NCBI GenBank assembly: GCA_964016885.1
Contig: CAXHJY010001138.1
Coordinates: 1-63,738 of the forward strand
Source of the DNA: Eledone cirrhosa
Taxonomy: Eukaryota
DNA: 63,738 bases
Direction of reading: 5' to 3'
This document shows, one piece after another, positions 1 to 11,866 of the stretch (position 1 is the stretch's first letter; each line of letters starts with the position of its first letter). The position numbers and the translations under genes were made by a program. Under the pieces are notes generated by a model. The model was not told the DNA's origin and did no database searches. It saw nothing but the letters and a program-made list of their open reading frames with translations.

Positions 1-1486
1 ACCTAGCTTCCTTATGGACCACCAGATGACAGATCGGGGTACCCTATCAAAGGCCTTCTCTAGGTCAACAAAGGCTAAGTATAGTGGCTTATTCTTCTCT
101 AAGAACCTCTCTTGCATTTGTCTCACCAAGAAGAGGGCATCTGTTGTACTCTTCCCAGGCACAAAACCAAACTGCATCTCATCTAGTTTGACCCTTTCTC
201 TAATTAGTTGTGCTTTCTGCCACTTTCATAACCTGATCTATCAGTTTTATACCCCTATAATTGCTCCTCTCCAAAGCATCCCCTTTACCTTTGTAGCAAT
301 TTATGAGAATACTGCTGCACCAGTCTTTGGGTATGACACCACCATATATAGCCTGATTGATGATGCGTGCAACCAGTTTAGTGCCTACGTCCCCTGATGC
401 CTTCAGCATCTCAGCAACTATTCCCGATGGTCCGGCAGCCTTACCATTTTTCATTTCCCTAATCGCCTCTTGGATCCTATATTCGTCAATCTCAATAGCT
501 GGTCCCTCTGTCGGATCTACCAAGGGTAATTTCTCTCTCTCCCATTTGTTCTCCACATTCATCAGTCTCTCATAATGACATTTCCAGGCCTCCTTTTTCT
601 GATCATTCGTGACACTAAGTACTCCGGCATCATTCCGGACACATTTATCTCCAACAACATCCTGATTTGCATTGACACACTTCCTTGCAATGTGGAACAC
701 CGCATGCCTCTGATCTTCCCGTCGCAGAACATTGGCAAACCTCCTACTCTCCGCCTCCCTTCGTGCAAAGTACACCTGACGTCTAGCTTCTCTCTTAGTG
801 GCTGTATATTCTTCCCTACTCCCACCCTTTTTCCAAGCCTTACATGCTATTCTTTTGTCTCTAATGGCCTTATCTACTGTGCTGTTCCACCACCAGGTCA
901 CTCTCTGTCTGGTTGGAGCTGTGCCTGCTCCAGCCACAAGTTTCATCAGTAGTCTGCAGCAAGTTGTCACATAAGAAATTCCAGTTATTGTCTATGTCAT
1001 ACGTCTCTAAATCGTCTTCTTTTTCGTCATATACATCTTGAAAGGCTTTCCTAAATTTGTATTTTAGTGAAAGGTCTTTTAGCTTCCAGACCTTTCTTCT
1101 CCACACCTTCCTATATGTCTCATTCCATCCCTTGCTTACTGAGATATCACTAACAACTAACCTATGCTGTGGAGTACATTCTTCCCCAGGGTATGCCTTG
1201 GTATTAGACACTATCTGCCTGTCCCGCTGCCTAACTAGCAGGAAGTCAATCTGGCTTATGTGCTCACCAGATTTGTAGGTTATTAGGTGGTTGACAGGTT
1301 TCTGGAAGATAGTGTTGCAAATAGTCAGTGTACTTGCATCACAAAATTCAAGAAGTCTCACTCCTTCTTCATTTGTTGAACCGTAACCGTGCCCACCATG
1401 TACCCCAGTGTAACCATCCTGGAGCTGTCCAACATGACCATTGAAGTCTCCTGCTAGCATAACGATGTCTCCTGGTAGCATAACGA
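1..1486 (-). mobile_element. RTE-clade LINE, 5'-truncated and frameshifted, running off the window start
   Basis: ORF 870-1610 has APE endonuclease motifs ([23 protein letters not shown]). ORF 200-970 has the RT N-terminus (KAAGPSGI, NYRGIKL). Bases 1-200 encode QFGFVPGK..DLEKAFDRVP. Confidence 0.93.
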
Positions 1487-1782
1487 TATATCTATACATA
1501 TATATATATATATACACACACATATATCTATATATATATATATATATATATATATCTTTAAGTCGTTTGGAAGCCTCGACAATGCAAATGGGTAAATCTC
1601 CGGGTAACAAGATCCGGTGGTGGAGAGAGAGATGTAAGTGGGTGTACGTTGAGATGCGTGGTGTGTAAAGATGTGTAAATGTGTAGAAGAAAGAAGGGAA
1701 GAGTATAAAGGATAAAATTAAAATAACAACACAAGAGAGAGTTACCTTGGGAGAGATTTAATAGTCCCATATATATATATAT

Positions 1783-2122
1783 GGAGGTACATGGCTTAGT
1801 GGTTAGAGCATTGGCCTTGCAATCGAAAGGTTGTGAGTTCAATTCTCAGACCGGGTGATGTGTTGTTTCCTTGAGCAAGACACTTTATTTCACATTGCTC
1901 CAGTTTACTCAGCTGTAGAAATGAGAGGATAGGGACTGGGGTCCATATCATTCCACTGCAAAGTGGTCGTGGAGGTGGTACGGCAAAAAAGCACCCAGCA
2001 CTCACTGTAAATGAGGTTGGTGTTAGGAAGGGCATCCAGCTGTAGAAATCAAGCCAGAATCAGTTCCCGTCCCACCCTTGCAAGCAGGGAATAGCGGACG
2101 TAAAATGATGATAATAATAATA
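1783..2122 (+). mobile_element. tRNA-derived SINE with CORE-like centre and RTE-derived 3' tail
   Basis: A box TGGCTTAGTGG, B box GAGTTCAATTC and CORE-like TCCTTGAGCAAGACACTT. The 3' part (GTTAGGAAGGGCATCCAGCTGTAGAAA...GGACGTAAAATGATGAT) matches the RTE 3' UTRs in this window. Confidence 0.85.
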
Positions 2123-2128
2123 AAAAAA

Positions 2129-2162
2129 ATATATATATATACACACACATATATATATATAG

Positions 2163-2237
<75 letters not shown>

Positions 2238-2282
2238 TATATACACATATATATATATATATACACACATATATATATATAT
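2129..2282. repeat. (TA)n microsatellite
   Basis: Direct inspection. Confidence 0.97.
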
Positions 2283-4753
2283 TCCTGAAAGCAAACCTGC
2301 TGGTGGTGCAACAGTAAGGTGGAGGGGTCAATTAAGGCCAAAAAGCAGGCTTTGAAAGTATGGCGGGATGGGGGAAGTAGAGAAGACTATCAAGTGGCCA
2401 GGAGGGAAGCTAGGAGACAAGTGTACTTCGCAAGAAGGGAAGCAGAGGAAAGAAAGTTCAAGCATGTTCTATAACGCGAGGACCAAAAACGTGAGGTGTT
2501 CAGGATTGCTAGGCAATGTGTCAAGGAAAACCGTTATATTGTCGGGGAGAAGTGTGTACTTAATGATGACGGCGTACTTGCCATCACCGACGCTGATAAG
2601 AAGGTAGCTTGGAAGTGTCACTACGAAAGGCTACTAAATGAGGAGAATAAATGGGAGAAAGACAGTCTCCCCCACATCGACCCAATATAGGGACCAGCAG
2701 TGTTAGTCGAGGGTAGTATAATAAGTAAGGCAATCAAAGATATGAAGACGGGTAAGGCGGCTGGTCCTTCGGAAATAGTTGCTGAGATGCTGAAGGCATC
2801 TGGTACGGTGGGACACACCATGGTCACCCGGATAGTTAACCAAGTCGTACAGAATGGGGTTGTTCCGAAGGACTGGCGTAGCAGCATCATCGTTAACTGT
2901 TATAAGGGTAAAGGAGATGCCCTAGATAGGAGTAACTATAGAGGCATTAAATTAATCGACCAGGTCATGAAGGTCACGGAAAAAGTAATAGCGCAACTAA
3001 TCAGAGAGATAATTGATTTAGATGAAATGCAGTTCGGGTTTGTGTCAGGGAAAAGTACCACAGACGCTCTTTTCATTGTACGACAACTACAGGAGAAGTA
3101 CCTAGTTAAAAGTAAACCCCTATACTTAGCCTTTGTCGACTTGGAAAAAGCCTTCGACAGAGTCCCCCGTTCCATTATCTGGTGGGCTCTTAGAAAACTA
3201 GGTGTTGACGAATGGCTTGTGAGAGCTATACAAGCCATGTATAAAGAAACAGTCAGCAAGGTTAGAATTAACAACGAATATAGTGAAGAGTTTAGCGTAA
3301 AAGTTGGCGTCCATCAGGGCTCTGTTCTCAGCCCCCTACTATTTATTATTGCCCTTCAGGCTATAACAGAGGAGTTCAAGACCGGCTGCCCATGGGAACT
3401 CCTATACGCAGATGACCTAACACTCATAGCTGAATCAATGGCCGAGCTAGAGAAGAAATTCCAAGCATGGAAGCACGGCCTAGAATCAAAAGGCCTTAAA
3501 ATTAACCTGGCTAAGACTAAAGTTCTAGTTTGTAAGAAAGAAAATAAGGCGACGGTCCCTTCCGGGAAGTGGCCATGCTCAGTGTGTAGGAAAGGCGTAG
3601 GTAGAAACTCCATTTTGTGTCCCAAATGTAAAGTATGGGTGCATAAAAGATGTAGTGGGATCACAGGTAAGCTAACTAAGAACATAGATTTTACATGTGG
3701 CCGGTGCTCTGGTACAATAAGTAGCAGCAAGTGCCCACAAAATACTAGCTCTTTCAATTGTGCAAAGGGTTCTATAGAAATAGTGGACAGCTTCCGTTAC
3801 CTGGGTGACAAAATCAGCAGTGGGGGAGGGTGCTCTGAAAGTACAGTAGCTAGAGTCAGAACTGGATGGAAAAAGTTCAGAGAGCTTATACCACTATTAG
3901 CTGCTAAAAGGTTCTCCCTAAAAATGAAAGGCAGGTTGTATGATGCCTGCATACGAACAGCAATGTTGCATGGCAGTGAGACCTGGGCATTGTGTGCAGA
4001 GGATATACGCAGACTAGAGAGGAACGAAGCTTGCATGCTCCGCTGGATGTGTAATAGTAATATACGTGAACGGCAAAGCATAAACGAACTAAGGAAAAAA
4101 TTAGAAATAAGTGGGATCAGATGTTGTTTTCTCGAGAGAAGGCTACGTTGGTATGGTCACGTGATGCGCATGAAAGACGATAGCTGTATAACAAAGTGCA
4201 GGGCAATAAAGATAGACGGTAGCCACGGAGTAGGCAGACCCAGAAAAACCTGGGACGAGCTGATAAATTCCGACCTCACACACTTACACCTCTCCAAGAC
4301 AATGTCACTGGACCGAGACCTTTTGCGGTACTCAGTAATAGAGAAGCCCCGCCTTACCTAAATACAAAGTAAAACCTACTACAGTCAGTAGGCATCTCTA
4401 ACAAAATACACCCCCGTCTCACCACCCCCACCCCATCCACACCGCCCCTTTCAATGTAAAGTTATGTTGGTGCCACAACATCCAGGCCGAAACAAATGAG
4501 ATCGTGTAGGTATCACGACAAAAAAACACACAGTTCACGCTGTAATGTGGCCGTGTAGGCAACACGGTAAAAACCTCCCAGCCCCACACAGAAATGTGCT
4601 TTGTGTTAGGAAGGGCATCCAACTGTAGATAACGTGCCAGACTGTCCTATGCGAGCAAGACAATCACTCTTGCCTCAAGTGGGAAAACTCCCGTCCAAAC
4701 CCATGCAAGCGTGGAACACGGACGTTAAACGTTGATGATGATGATGATGATGA
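2283..4753 (+). mobile_element. RTE-clade LINE, 5'-truncated, with 3' UTR and (GAT)n tail
   Basis: RT ORF 2700-4361. The upstream frame continues across a premature TAG at 2688-2690. The 3' UTR ends GGACGTTAAACGTT(GAT)n. (TA)n on both flanks. Confidence 0.95.
2700..4361 (+). CDS. RTE reverse transcriptase (C-terminal part of ORF) with an internal PHD-type zinc finger
   Basis: QFGF, FVDLEKAFDRVP, GVHQGSVLSPLLF, LYADD, FRYLG, RRLRWYGHV, GRPRKTW. C4HC3 motif at 3576-3707. Confidence 0.9.
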   Translation: MLVEGSIISKAIKDMKTGKAAGPSEIVAEMLKASGTVGHTMVTRIVNQVVQNGVVPKDWRSSIIVNCYKGKGDALDRSNYRGIKLIDQVMKVTEKVIAQLIREIIDLDEMQFGFVSGKSTTDALFIVRQLQEKYLVKSKPLYLAFVDLEKAFDRVPRSIIWWALRKLGVDEWLVRAIQAMYKETVSKVRINNEYSEEFSVKVGVHQGSVLSPLLFIIALQAITEEFKTGCPWELLYADDLTLIAESMAELEKKFQAWKHGLESKGLKINLAKTKVLVCKKENKATVPSGKWPCSVCRKGVGRNSILCPKCKVWVHKRCSGITGKLTKNIDFTCGRCSGTISSSKCPQNTSSFNCAKGSIEIVDSFRYLGDKISSGGGCSESTVARVRTGWKKFRELIPLLAAKRFSLKMKGRLYDACIRTAMLHGSETWALCAEDIRRLERNEACMLRWMCNSNIRERQSINELRKKLEISGIRCCFLERRLRWYGHVMRMKDDSCITKCRAIKIDGSHGVGRPRKTWDELINSDLTHLHLSKTMSLDRDLLRYSVIEKPRLT

Positions 4754-5433
<680 letters not shown>

Positions 5434-6150
5434 TGAATAAAGTTAGTCCTTCATCAGTGATCTTCCAACCATCATTGGTATTTCATCGCTTTAAAGACTA
5501 TATACCTCCGGTTGGTGCGAGCAACGGCTAAAAAAAGTCGTTGGGACACGTAAATAAAGGGGACACGAGTGTAAACAAACAAAAATGGAGAAGCAACGAA
5601 AAATGAGGAAGAAGGAGTCAAGTCCCAAATTTCTATGAATTTAAATTAGGTGAAATCGTGAACGAGAGAGAATAAAGACCATCAAACCTGGTTGAAATGT
5701 GAGCAAGGAAGGAATTCCGTACAGGTCTAACGGGAGGAAGAAGGGATTTAGTCTGTGAATTCGCTGAACATAAGTTCTGTGAAATCGTAGACGAGAGAGA
5801 GAAAGAAAAAAAACGACCTGCCTGACCAAGGGTGCGAAAGAAAAGAATTATGCACAGGTCAAACGTGAAGAAGGAGGAGGAGGAGAGGTAGTAACAGAGA
5901 ATGAGTGAGTGAAGGGTGAAGAAGAGGCTAACAGAGAGAATGACTGTTAGAGAGGGTAAAGATACAGAGAAAGAGGAAGCAGTAAGAACGAAATAGACGG
6001 GTAACAGCGGGGGAAAAAAATATGTGTAAATATGAGAATATGGTAAACGGAAAAGAAAATGGTGACAATTGTTCACAGTGAAAAATAGTTTAATTAGGAA
6101 TAAATGAAAATTAGTAATAGTATTGGTTAGTATTCAGTTTTGGTTTTAAG

Positions 6151-6186
6151 TTTTACCGGTTGCGCATTTCTAATGCTTTTCAAAAA
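6151..6186 (-). ncRNA. Degenerate minimal type I hammerhead-like motif (U3-A8 variant, GCAA instead of GAAA)
   Basis: Minus strand reads UUU-UUGAAAA-GCAU(uagaa)AUGC-GCAA-CCGG-UA-AAA, the same layout as the motif at 6792-6829. Confidence 0.55.
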
Positions 6187-6210
6187 TAATTTTGAGATAG
6201 AGCGCCCGTG

Positions 6211-6657
<447 letters not shown>

Positions 6658-6791
6658 AAAGTGAGGTTTTTTTTACAAAATGAAAAATAACCGAGGTGTC
6701 CTACACGAGTGAAAGTATAAAGAAAAAGAGATGAAATCGAAAATGCAACTGGAGTCTTATTTTTTTTTAAAATATATATATTGATTTGGTT

Positions 6792-6829
6792 CCTTTACCG
6801 GTTTCGCAGTTCTTCTGCTTTTCAAAAGG
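6792..6829 (-). ncRNA. Minimal type I hammerhead ribozyme, U3-A8 covariant
   Basis: CCUU-UUGAAAA-GCAG(aagaa)CUGC-GAAA-CCGG-UA-AAGG: stems I and II intact, palindromic stem III ACCGGU. Lies downstream of and sense to the PLE ORF. Confidence 0.78.
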
Positions 6830-7330
6830 TGAGTTGAGATGGAGGGTCTGTGGTTTTTCTCACATCTGGTTGGTCTCTGAATGTTACTTGTTTTATATGG
6901 AAAAACTGGCTCGAAAACCAGGTTTTTCGAGAAGTAATTTGATTGGTTTGTCAATAATTATAATAAATTTCGCGCCAGTTCGCGTTACAATAGTTCTTCA
7001 AATAAGAGCGGGGGGGGGGGGGGTTGTCACAGGTTGTCATGAGTGTTTGAATTTCTTTTTACTTGAAAAAAGGAGGCTCACGAAGGCTTTTTTTTGGTTG
7101 GTTATAAATGAAATTATGGCTGTCACGTGAACAAGTTTTCATTAAATTTTTGTGCCCTCATTTGGAAATCCATTCCCTAGCCTTTTTAGAGAATTTTTTG
7201 ATAAGTGAAAGATAATGGTCAAGAGAAAGGGATGGGAGAATTGTTCTGGTTCAGTGAATATGGTTAGTTCGCTGGGGTGTCAGAATTCAGATTTTCTATT
7301 GAATAAAGAAAGTAAAGATATGTGTGTTTA

Positions 7331-7366
<36 letters not shown>

Positions 7367-7679
7367 GTGTGTGTGTGTGTTTGAATTTCTTTACTTTAAA
7401 AAAAGGTGGCTCACGAAGGCTTTTTTTAATAAACGTGATTTGATTGGTTATAAATGAAATTTGGCTGTCACGTGAACAAGTTTTTATTACATTTTTGCGC
7501 CCTTATTTGGAAAACTATTCTGTAGTCTTTATAGTGAATGTTATGACAATGGAAAGATAGTGGTCAAGGGAAAAGGGATTGGGAGAATTGTTCTGGTTCA
7601 GTGAATATGGTTAGTTCGCTGGGGTGTCAGAGTTCAGATTTTCTATTGAAGTGAAGATATGTATGTTTATATGTGTGCT

Positions 7680-7721
<42 letters not shown>

Positions 7722-8192
7722 TATTGGAAGATGATTCTATTAGTAGAGATGGGGGAGGGAGTTGTGTGTGTGTGTATATGGGTGTTATATGTGTGTGCGC
7801 GCGAGTATGTTAAGATGGAGAGAATATATATTTTGTGTGTGTGTATATATATGTGTGTAGGAAAATGGTTCTATTAGTAGAAATGGGGAGGGAGTTGTGG
7901 GTGTGGGGGTTGTTATGTGTGTGTATGGGTGTTATGTGTGTGGGAGTATGGTTAGCATGTTAAGATGAAGAGAATATATATATATATATATTGTGTGTGT
8001 ATGTGTGTGTGTAGGAAAGTGATTCCTTTAGTAGGAATATTTTTGAATGAACATATTTTCCTTACTTATTCGTATTTGCTGTTGTATTGTCAGTGCAAAC
8101 GTATGTTAAGGTTTATTTAGTTCGGGTTTTTATTTTCTAAAGTAGAAGGTGTTATGTGTGTATGTCATATTATGGTGTTGACATAATGTATA

Positions 8193-10457
8193 TTAAACCA
8201 TATTTAATGTTGGTCTATATTTTTGAATAAACATATTTTCCTTATTTATTCGCATTTGTTCTGTTGTATTGTTAGCGCAAAGGTAAAGTGGGAAGACTTG
8301 GAATTTGGGTGTCTTATTACTTGCGCAAATGTCTAGATGTGCACTTAGTGGTATCTGTCTCGTGGTTGGATCTCGTAATTGTTGGCGATGAACTGTCATT
8401 CTGTTTCTGAGTGTGAGTTTAGTTTGTCCTATATAATCTTCATTGCATCCTTTACATTTAATGGCATAAATTAGATTTTTTGATGAGCAAGTGAAGTGAT
8501 TTTTTACAGTAAAATTTTGTCCTGATTTAAATGTATACGTGTTGCCTTCAATGAGGTGAGTGCAGGTTCCACAATTAGAGCGACCACATTTTTTGATACT
8601 TGGTTGTGGGTTTGTGGTAGGTAATTTGGCATTGGTGAGTAATGTTTTCAGTGATTTTGGTTGTCTTTTGCTTTTGATTATTTTGTGTGTTTCAAGGGCT
8701 TTTTTCATTCTTGGGTTTTGTTTTAGTAGTGGGATGTTATTGTGAATAGTGTTGTAAGCTTCCGCATTTCTTGGGTTGTGTGTTGAGATATATGATAGAA
8801 TATTGGACGTACCTTGAATTTGTTTCTGTTTCCGTAATTCATCAATGCCTATTGCTTTAGCCCTTTCTATTCCATTATTTATTAGTAATAGTGGGTACTC
8901 TCTCTCGAGTAGAATTTCCTTTAATTCTTGACGTCTTTTATTTCGCGTTTCATAATTGGAGACAATTGTGCAAATTCTTCTTGCTAGGTTAAAAGGAATG
9001 TTCGTCTTCGTGTGCTTTGGATGGTTGGAGGTGAGTAGCAGATATTGTTTGGAATCTGTTGGTTTGTAGTGTATGTCAGTTTCGATATTTGTGTCTTTTT
9101 TTAAGATTAAGATGTCCAGAAATGGGAGTTGATCTTGACTGTATTCCATTGTGAATTGGATGTGGTTATTGATGCCGTTTATTAAGTTTTTGAAATCCTT
9201 CAGTTGGTCGAGTGTGTGGGACCAAAGAATGAGGCAATCATCCAAGTAGCGTTTCCAATTCTCTGATAAATATTTGTGGAAGTTCAATCCGTATTTTGAT
9301 TTGGACTGTTCATATATCTGGACTTCTAAGTATGCCATGACTAAGTTGGCATAAGTTGGAGCGGCTTTTGTACCCATCGCAGTTTCCGATATTTGCTTGT
9401 AAGTATTGCCATCGAAATCAAAAAAGTTGTTCTGTAGGATGAATTTTAATCCCTCGGTGATGAAGCTTTTTTCTATTCTGTCAGGTATCTCATTGGGATA
9501 TTTCTCTAGCCAGAATCCTATTGCTTCTAGTCCGTATTGGTGTGGGATCGTTGTGTAGAGATTCACTACATCGAAAGACACAATAATAGTGTCGTTGTTG
9601 ACATGTTTGGGGAGGTGGTTTAAGAGGTCCAGATCGTCTCTTACAAGACTTGGTATGTGTTTCAGTATTGGTTTCAGTAGTATGTCTATAAAGTTGCTCA
9701 ATCTGTGTGTTTCACATTGTGGGCCCGCTACAATTGGTCTTAATTTAAGGTCTGTGGGGTATTGTGTGTTCACGCAGGCTAAGGTGGATTGTTTACAGGC
9801 ATCGTTCATTATTTTACACTTGTGGATATTCGGAAGTCCGTAAAGGTTGCTGGTTTTGTATTCAAAATTTGTTAAATAATCGCGTTCCTTTTTAGTTAGG
9901 TCTTCCTGGTATCGATAAATCAGTGTGTTTAATTTGGTCATTATTTTTGATTGCTGGTAGTTTTTTACTCTTTCATAGTAATTAGTATTTTGTAAGAGAG
10001 AGAACATAGAATTTTTATATTTTTCAGCCTCCATAATGACAACAGTACTTCCCTTGTCCGCTTCCTTAATTATAATGTCCGTATTGTTTTTTAGTTCATG
10101 GATAATCTCCCATTCCCTTCGACTCGTGTTGGGTTTGGGTTTAGGTTGCGGTAGTTCATGGTATGGGAAGGTAGCTATGTGGTCACAAAATTTGTCCAGA
10201 ACTCTGTTTCTACCTTTTGTTGGGTTGTAGCTGCTTTTATTCCGTACAATTGATTCGTCGTTATTCTCCTTGTCAAAGAATTCCTCTGTGAGACGTAATT
10301 TTCTACAAAAGTCTGAGATATCGTCATTTATCTGGTTGGGGTTAGGGTATTGTGGTGTTGGTGTGAATTTCAGACCTTTGGAGAGAATTTTTACTTGTTG
10401 GGCTGAGAGGTTTGTATTTGAAATGTTAATTATTTTCGGTTTTTCAGTAGCCTTGGT
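8193..10457 (-). CDS. Penelope-like RT + GIY-YIG endonuclease (755-codon open frame; first ATG at 10034)
   Basis: Hand translation upstream of the ATG gives KIINISNTNLSAQQVKILSKGLKFTPTP and KEADKG. The ORF has LRPIV, SFDVVNLYT, AMGT, RYLDD, FLDI, then CGRSNCGTC and LIYAIKC..YIGQT..RMTVH. Confidence 0.92.
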   Translation of the reverse strand, partial: TKATEKPKIINISNTNLSAQQVKILSKGLKFTPTPQYPNPNQINDDISDFCRKLRLTEEFFDKENNDESIVRNKSSYNPTKGRNRVLDKFCDHIATFPYHELPQPKPKPNTSRREWEIIHELKNNTDIIIKEADKGSTVVIMEAEKYKNSMFSLLQNTNYYERVKNYQQSKIMTKLNTLIYRYQEDLTKKERDYLTNFEYKTSNLYGLPNIHKCKIMNDACKQSTLACVNTQYPTDLKLRPIVAGPQCETHRLSNFIDILLKPILKHIPSLVRDDLDLLNHLPKHVNNDTIIVSFDVVNLYTTIPHQYGLEAIGFWLEKYPNEIPDRIEKSFITEGLKFILQNNFFDFDGNTYKQISETAMGTKAAPTYANLVMAYLEVQIYEQSKSKYGLNFHKYLSENWKRYLDDCLILWSHTLDQLKDFKNLINGINNHIQFTMEYSQDQLPFLDILILKKDTNIETDIHYKPTDSKQYLLLTSNHPKHTKTNIPFNLARRICTIVSNYETRNKRRQELKEILLEREYPLLLINNGIERAKAIGIDELRKQKQIQGTSNILSYISTHNPRNAEAYNTIHNNIPLLKQNPRMKKALETHKIIKSKRQPKSLKTLLTNAKLPTTNPQPSIKKCGRSNCGTCTHLIEGNTYTFKSGQNFTVKNHFTCSSKNLIYAIKCKGCNEDYIGQTKLTLRNRMTVHRQQLRDPTTRQIPLSAHLDICASNKTPKFQVFPLYLCANNTTEQMRINKENMFIQKYRPTLNMV

Positions 10458-11118
10458 CTAAAAAATGATTTTTCTGGAATGTTTTTTCAATGGTATTATT
10501 ATATCTAATGGTATTTCCCCTGTTGTTGTGTGGTCTTGTATAGAAGTTTCGGACGTATTGAGGTTCGGTTTGTTGATAGTCCGGGTTGTAGATTTGGTTC
10601 CTTTGTGTGGGTTGGGATCTACGGTTTTGGAACAGGCTCTGTGTGGGCAGGGGTCTACGGTTTTGGAATAGGTTTCGTGTGGGTTGTGATCTGCGGATCA
10701 GGTCCTGCCTTGTGTTCGGGGATCTTTGGTTTTTGTTAGTAGGGTTATAGTTTTGTCAGTAGGGTTATAGTTTTGTCTATGGATTCTGGAATTATCGTTA
10801 TAGTTTTGCTGGACGTTTTGTTACTTTTTTTGTTATTTGTTGTGCATGTGGTGTGTGAGTTTTAGTTTGTTTTAAAAATGGGTTACCTGTATGTTGTTCA
10901 TTTTTGAAGTCCATTTCGTAGTTGTTGAACCAGGTGGCGTTTTTTTCCCATCGCTGGAGGGATGTTAGTTCTTCATCCTCACAGTTTTCTTTCCAAAGTT
11001 TTAGGGTTTTTTTGTAGAGTAGGCCTTCAGAGTGCTTTGAGATTTCTGTGTCCATCTGTTGGTCGAGTTACTTGAATTTTTCTTCGTTGGAGTTGGCTTT
11101 TAATCGCAACAGTTCTAT

Positions 11119-11866
<748 letters not shown>

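Noticed and set aside
1783-1855. Possible tRNA gene
   Set aside because: A and B boxes are present, but there is no proper acceptor stem or terminator and it continues into a SINE body.
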